20,656 nt of DNA, taken from positions 1 through 20,656 of the forward strand of contig NJBH01000052.1 in the NCBI GenBank assembly GCA_005223125.1, read 5' to 3'. Positions 16,458 to 20,656 of the stretch are shown here, in pieces. Made by a program: the position numbers and the translations under genes. Source of the stretch: Promethearchaeota archaeon Loki_b32. Its GTDB lineage: Archaea > Asgardarchaeota > Lokiarchaeia > Sigyniarchaeales > SOKP01. Position 1 is the first letter of the stretch. Every line of letters starts with the position of its first letter. Below the pieces are notes generated by a model. It saw only the letters and a program-made list of their open reading frames with translations. It searched no databases and was not told the origin of the DNA.

Positions 16458-16796
16458 ATGGAAGATTTCGAAGAAAATAAGTTTTACAAACCGAGTTATT
16501 CAAATTTATTTAATAAAATTAAAGATATCAAAACCCCAATAAAAAACGAAATACTTATAGCATTACTTGACGGACATTGGCATTCTGAATTAGAATTAAT
16601 AAGAGTTACAAAGAAACAATATGGATTTGTTGGGCCTGTAACTTTAGGAACTATGGTTGGCGCTTTAAATCATACTATCAAAAATAATTACTTACAGAAG
16701 AAATTTGTAAATAGTAAGCTTTATTATAAAATATCAGATAATTATATCGGTTTAACACGAGCAGCCTATCGTTTTGATTCAAATGATTTTCTTTAG
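16458..16796 (+). CDS. Putative winged helix-turn-helix protein
   Basis: EILIALLDGHWHSELELIR helices, recognition-helix-like VTLGTMVGALN, wing LQKKFVNSKLYYKIS. Confidence 0.6.
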   Translation: MEDFEENKFYKPSYSNLFNKIKDIKTPIKNEILIALLDGHWHSELELIRVTKKQYGFVGPVTLGTMVGALNHTIKNNYLQKKFVNSKLYYKISDNYIGLTRAAYRFDSNDFL

Positions 16797-16833
16797 AATA
16801 AAAAACTAAATATGTAAGATTTTATTTGAAAAA

Positions 16834-17310
16834 CTATTCTTTCTTTAAACTCCTTAACGCAAATAGATTTAAAATTAAAATAATTATTGTAAAATAATAA
16901 CCAAAACCAATCACGTTAAGAAAAAAGGCGATATTAACTAAGACTAAAAAGAAGATAATAATGCCAAAAATTATCAAGATTAAACTTGATAATAATATAT
17001 TTATCTTAAATAATTTCAGAGAATTATTAAATTTAGCTTTCTTTGTTGACGCCATTATTGAACTCACTCCTATAAAGAAAATCATAAGCCATATACAAAG
17101 AGAAATAAAACTTTCAGGTATTAATCCAATAAGAGATGTAATTATAGTTCCACCATTAATATTATAACCCCAAAAATAAAAATCTATATTTTCTGAAGCA
17201 AAAATCTTAAAACTCACTATTAAATTCTCTGGTGGATAAATAGGTATTTCTGCTATAAAGGCTATTATCAACGCAAGTATTCCCGCGAAAATTCCTGATT
17301 TTATTGCCAT
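16834..17310 (-). CDS. Four-TM membrane protein (paralogue B)
   Basis: TM1, beta-rich loop with FYFWGY, TM2, basic loop, TM3, then IGFGYY leading into TM4; GAGGT upstream of the ATG. Confidence 0.75.
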   Translation of the reverse strand: MAIKSGIFAGILALIIAFIAEIPIYPPENLIVSFKIFASENIDFYFWGYNINGGTIITSLIGLIPESFISLCIWLMIFFIGVSSIMASTKKAKFNNSLKLFKINILLSSLILIIFGIIIFFLVLVNIAFFLNVIGFGYYFTIIILILNLFALRSLKKE

Positions 17311-17324
17311 TTACCAACCTCTTT

Positions 17325-17825
17325 CTATTGGATGGGATGTTTAATATTGGCTATTAAAGCCAAGATTAGATTAATTAATAAGATGAAAAAGCCATAATTG
17401 AGATGTGAAAAAATGTCAAAATAGCTAAATTGAACTCCAAGTATTTCTTCACTATAGATTGGAATTCCAATAATCGAATATAGCAAAATTACTAATAAAA
17501 AAATAAAATTCGCATTCATCAATTTCTTACCAGTTTTATTTTCTTTCCAAAATCCAAAAATTGTTAAAATACCAGCTAAGGGAAGTAATACTAAAAAGAA
17601 TATTCCTGTTAAGATATTCACTTCAAACCAATTTTGAAAAACACCATTAGTTACCATCCCCCAAATAAATAATTTATTGTCTTGAAAAGTAAATAACTGA
17701 ATTGGTATTCGAACATGGCTGTTCACAAAAGGATTTTCAAATTGAAAATAAACACCTAAGGGTATAAACTGCAGAAAAAACAATACACATGTTAGTATTA
17801 AAGAAATTAAGCCATATTTATTCAT
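17325..17825 (-). CDS. Four-TM membrane protein (paralogue A)
   Basis: Same layout: TM1, loop with LFIWGM, TM2, KENKTGKKL, TM3, then LNYGFF leading into TM4. Confidence 0.75.
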   Translation of the reverse strand: MNKYGLISLILTCVLFFLQFIPLGVYFQFENPFVNSHVRIPIQLFTFQDNKLFIWGMVTNGVFQNWFEVNILTGIFFLVLLPLAGILTIFGFWKENKTGKKLMNANFIFLLVILLYSIIGIPIYSEEILGVQFSYFDIFSHLNYGFFILLINLILALIANIKHPIQ

Positions 17826-17879
17826 AATAAAGAAATTATATCATAAACTTTTTCATTTTTATAATAATAAATATTTAAT

Positions 17880-20009
17880 TTATTTTTTTATGCATTTTCC
17901 TTTAGAAATTTTATATTCATTGCAATTAGAACAAAACTTGGAATGGTCATTGGACCAACATTTAGGGCATAAATAATAAGTATAGGATTTATTATTTTTT
18001 TTAAGAATAACTCTAAAAATATTAAAATTGCAAATTGAACAAATAGAATCTAATAATTCTAGCTTTCCATTCTTTGGTAAGGATAAAAATTGTTTACAAT
18101 TTTCATCAGAACAAACTAAAAATCTTTTATTTTTTGCATTAATGAATTTCATAGGATTTTTATCGCAAAATGGGCAATTTGATGATGTTAGAGGATTAGT
18201 GTACTCCATTTTATAATTATCAATTTTAGAAATTAATTTATGCTTATTTATTAAGAATTTATCAAATAGTTGTAGAAACTCATTCCTTATCTCATTTATG
18301 ACATTATTCATTTGACTTTTACTTTCTTTAATTTGTTCAAGTTTTAATTCCACTCTTTTAGTAAAATCGGGTTTCAAAAACGGGAGCCATATTTCAATTA
18401 AGTTTTCAATAAGAAATTTTCCTAAATCAGTAATAATATAATTATATTTAATTCTTTTTATTAAAGTGCGAGTTTGTAGCAACTTGATTATAAAAGGTCG
18501 AGTTGATTTTGTTCCAAGATGGTTTTTTTCCATTAATTTGAGTAAGGAAGTATCTGTATATCTTGGTCGGGGTTTTGTTTTTTTTTGTTCAAATATTATC
18601 TCTTTTACAGAGATCTCATCACCAGTAATCTGAATCTCCTTTTCATACTTAGGTTTAAGAAATGGAGCAATCTCCAGAAATCCGGGTGAAATTAATGATA
18701 CTAATTGAGCTACAAATGGCTCCTCTTTAATAAGTATTTTTAATCTTTGTTTCGATTCCAAAGCGGATTCTCCAAAAAGAGCTAAGTAATGACGTGTAAG
18801 TAATTCATACACTTTTTTTTGTATATTGTTCTCAAATTTTAAATTATCAAACTCTAAGCTTTCAAGTGGAGTAATTGGAGGATGATCTCCCATATCCTTT
18901 TTTCCCCTAGTGGGTGTCATCCTCTTATCCTTTAATAAATTAAGAGTATAATCTTTAAACTTTGAATGTAAAGTGAATTTTTTTAGTATTTCTTCATGAT
19001 TAAAATCTGATTTGTAGACATCACTATCAGTTCTCGGATATGAAATGATCTTGTTAAGATATAATGCATTCATTGCTCGCATTGCACTACTAGCTGAAAT
19101 TCTAAGAATTCTAGTGAGTAAAACTAAGGCTTTTGACGTATTTAATGGAGTAGGAGGAGATCTTTTAATAGTATTCTTAGAATTATCAATTATATTCCCA
19201 ATTTTCTCATTTTTAATTTTTCGATATATTTGCTTTGCTTGTACTTCTTGAGATTTTGAAAAAGGATTAAAATGATGATGAGATCTAATAATTCCTTTAG
19301 TATGAACTAAATCAGCATCAATTAAATAATAAGGTTCTGGAACGAAATTCGTAATTTCTTGTTCTCGGAGATAAAATAAGTAAAGAAGACTTGTTTGAAC
19401 TCGACCAATTGAAGTAAACCTAACTCTAAATTTATTTAACAGAGGTCTTAAAGTATTTGTTATTTCTCTAGTTGCGGAGAATCCGATAAATGCATCAATT
19501 ATGGCTCTTACTTCTCCTGATTCTCCCCAACTATATTTTGGGGGTATTAGATTATTAAATTTATTTATAATTTCATTTTTTTGGAGGGAGCTAAGCCATA
19601 GTTGTGATATTTTTATTGTAGGATTTATTTGCTTTACAAATGGTAAGGCATCAAATAACCCAATATTACACCCTTCTATATCAGCATCAGTCCCAATGAT
19701 GCAGTGATTTGAAATTTTTGAATATTCCTTCAATGTTTTTATATATGGACCAGCATAACTTGCAGGAACTTTTTCAATTGCATTGGGATTAGTAATAATT
19801 TCTCGAGGGTTTGAATTTGTCCAACTTTTAAAAGCATTCGTGTTTCTATATTCAAGAATATGCCCTCTTAAGGGAATTACATAAATATCCTTTAAAGGTA
19901 TGAAATATACCTTCAAATATTTTGCTTTTTTGATTATTTTAACTGTCCCTATTGCGTTTGCGATGGCTTCTGCGGCTTTATTTTTTTCTGTGATTATTAT
20001 TGTTGCCAT
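17880..20009 (-). CDS. topA: Type IA DNA topoisomerase (topoisomerase III-like) with C-terminal zinc-ribbon region
   Basis: TOPRIM IITEK, LRGHI, DADIEG; SIGRVQT; catalytic ISYPRTDS; DHPPITP; LGTKSTR; multiple C-terminal CxxC pairs. Confidence 0.95.
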   Translation of the reverse strand: MATIIITEKNKAAEAIANAIGTVKIIKKAKYLKVYFIPLKDIYVIPLRGHILEYRNTNAFKSWTNSNPREIITNPNAIEKVPASYAGPYIKTLKEYSKISNHCIIGTDADIEGCNIGLFDALPFVKQINPTIKISQLWLSSLQKNEIINKFNNLIPPKYSWGESGEVRAIIDAFIGFSATREITNTLRPLLNKFRVRFTSIGRVQTSLLYLFYLREQEITNFVPEPYYLIDADLVHTKGIIRSHHHFNPFSKSQEVQAKQIYRKIKNEKIGNIIDNSKNTIKRSPPTPLNTSKALVLLTRILRISASSAMRAMNALYLNKIISYPRTDSDVYKSDFNHEEILKKFTLHSKFKDYTLNLLKDKRMTPTRGKKDMGDHPPITPLESLEFDNLKFENNIQKKVYELLTRHYLALFGESALESKQRLKILIKEEPFVAQLVSLISPGFLEIAPFLKPKYEKEIQITGDEISVKEIIFEQKKTKPRPRYTDTSLLKLMEKNHLGTKSTRPFIIKLLQTRTLIKRIKYNYIITDLGKFLIENLIEIWLPFLKPDFTKRVELKLEQIKESKSQMNNVINEIRNEFLQLFDKFLINKHKLISKIDNYKMEYTNPLTSSNCPFCDKNPMKFINAKNKRFLVCSDENCKQFLSLPKNGKLELLDSICSICNFNIFRVILKKNNKSYTYYLCPKCWSNDHSKFCSNCNEYKISKGKCIKK

Positions 20010-20202
20010 AATAAGATTTCAAATATATAAAATAGAATATTATTGTTTAATTTCTGAAAGAATATTAATAATTTATTACAGATATATAAATTTCTGTTTA
20101 GTATTAAAGAAAAAGTGGATATTATGGAATTTGAATTATTGTAATATCTTTCAAAACAATCATGAAATTTATATTATTGTAAATCTAAATTTCTTGTAAA
20201 AA

Positions 20203-20655
20203 CTAGATTGGTAATGTAAAAGAAAATGAAGATCCTTTATTCTGTCCTTCTGAGCTTGCCCAAATTTCTCCTCTATGAGCATTAATAATTCCTTTAGTAA
20301 TATAGAGTCCTAGTCCTGTCCCAGAATCTTTAATATGAATACTATTACTTAATATTGGCTGTTTAATTCTTTCAAATTTTTTAAATAACCTTCCTATCTC
20401 ATCTTCAGCTAATCCAACTCCATTATCTTTCACTTCAAAAATGTAGTTGTTATCTTTCTTCGTAGCGGAAATTTCTATCCACCCATAATCTGGAGTGAAT
20501 TTAATAGCATTTGAAAGTAAATTAGTGAAGACTGCAAATATCCGTGTTGGATCTACATCTAATATGATCTCACTCTCAATATTCAATATTATTTCAAGAT
20601 TTTTTTCATTAATTAAATAGCTCAATTCATCCAGACAATCATTGATTATTTTACT
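20203..20655 (-). CDS. Sensor histidine kinase, C-terminal HATPase_c domain (5' part outside the window)
   Basis: N box NLLSNAIKFT, G1 VKDNGVG, F box LFKKF, G2 GTGLGL, final FSFTLP; the frame is open to the window edge (SKIINDCLDELSY...). Confidence 0.93.
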   Translation of the reverse strand, partial: SKIINDCLDELSYLINEKNLEIILNIESEIILDVDPTRIFAVFTNLLSNAIKFTPDYGWIEISATKKDNNYIFEVKDNGVGLAEDEIGRLFKKFERIKQPILSNSIHIKDSGTGLGLYITKGIINAHRGEIWASSEGQNKGSSFSFTLPI

Positions 20656-20656
20656 G

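Noticed and set aside
15883-20199. ORFs 15883-16095, 16961-17167, 18028-18216, 19045-19251, 19501-19707 and 19900-20199
   Set aside because: They overlap stronger genes on the opposite strand and show no independent coding signal.
1-20656. Genome-wide TAG reassignment to pyrrolysine
   Set aside because: TAG ends genes at plausible family C-termini (15121, 16796, 16834, 17325, 20203), for example the kinase ending FSFTLPI.

Overview
Strongly AT-rich, gene-dense archaeal chromosomal window, most likely from an Asgard archaeon (Lokiarchaeia-like). This is inferred from a eukaryote-type actin-family gene, a surface protein with an IPGY-TM-basic sorting tail, GGTGA-type ribosome-binding sites, a tungsten AOR-family enzyme and an archaeal topoisomerase III. 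Order: truncated CooC-like ATPase fragment abutting an odd C-type-lectin-like segment; small membrane protein; AOR; endonuclease IV; a minus-strand run (two MgtE-like half transporters, doubled PhoU/TrkA-C protein, hexulose-phosphate isomerase, two SET proteins); ABC-2-like permease; surface glycoprotein; phosphoribosyltransferase; a cytoskeleton-flavoured locus; two paralogous 4-TM proteins; Top3beta-like topoisomerase; partial histidine kinase. The best candidate for an undescribed system is 12954-16796: a coiled-coil/proline-rich/WH2-like protein resembling an actin nucleation-promoting factor, co-oriented with a catalytically divergent actin-related protein and divergent from a 98-codon gene with an in-frame TAG that the ORF track missed. 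No RNA genes, CRISPR arrays or recognisable transposases were seen. All family comparisons are from recalled motifs, not database searches.
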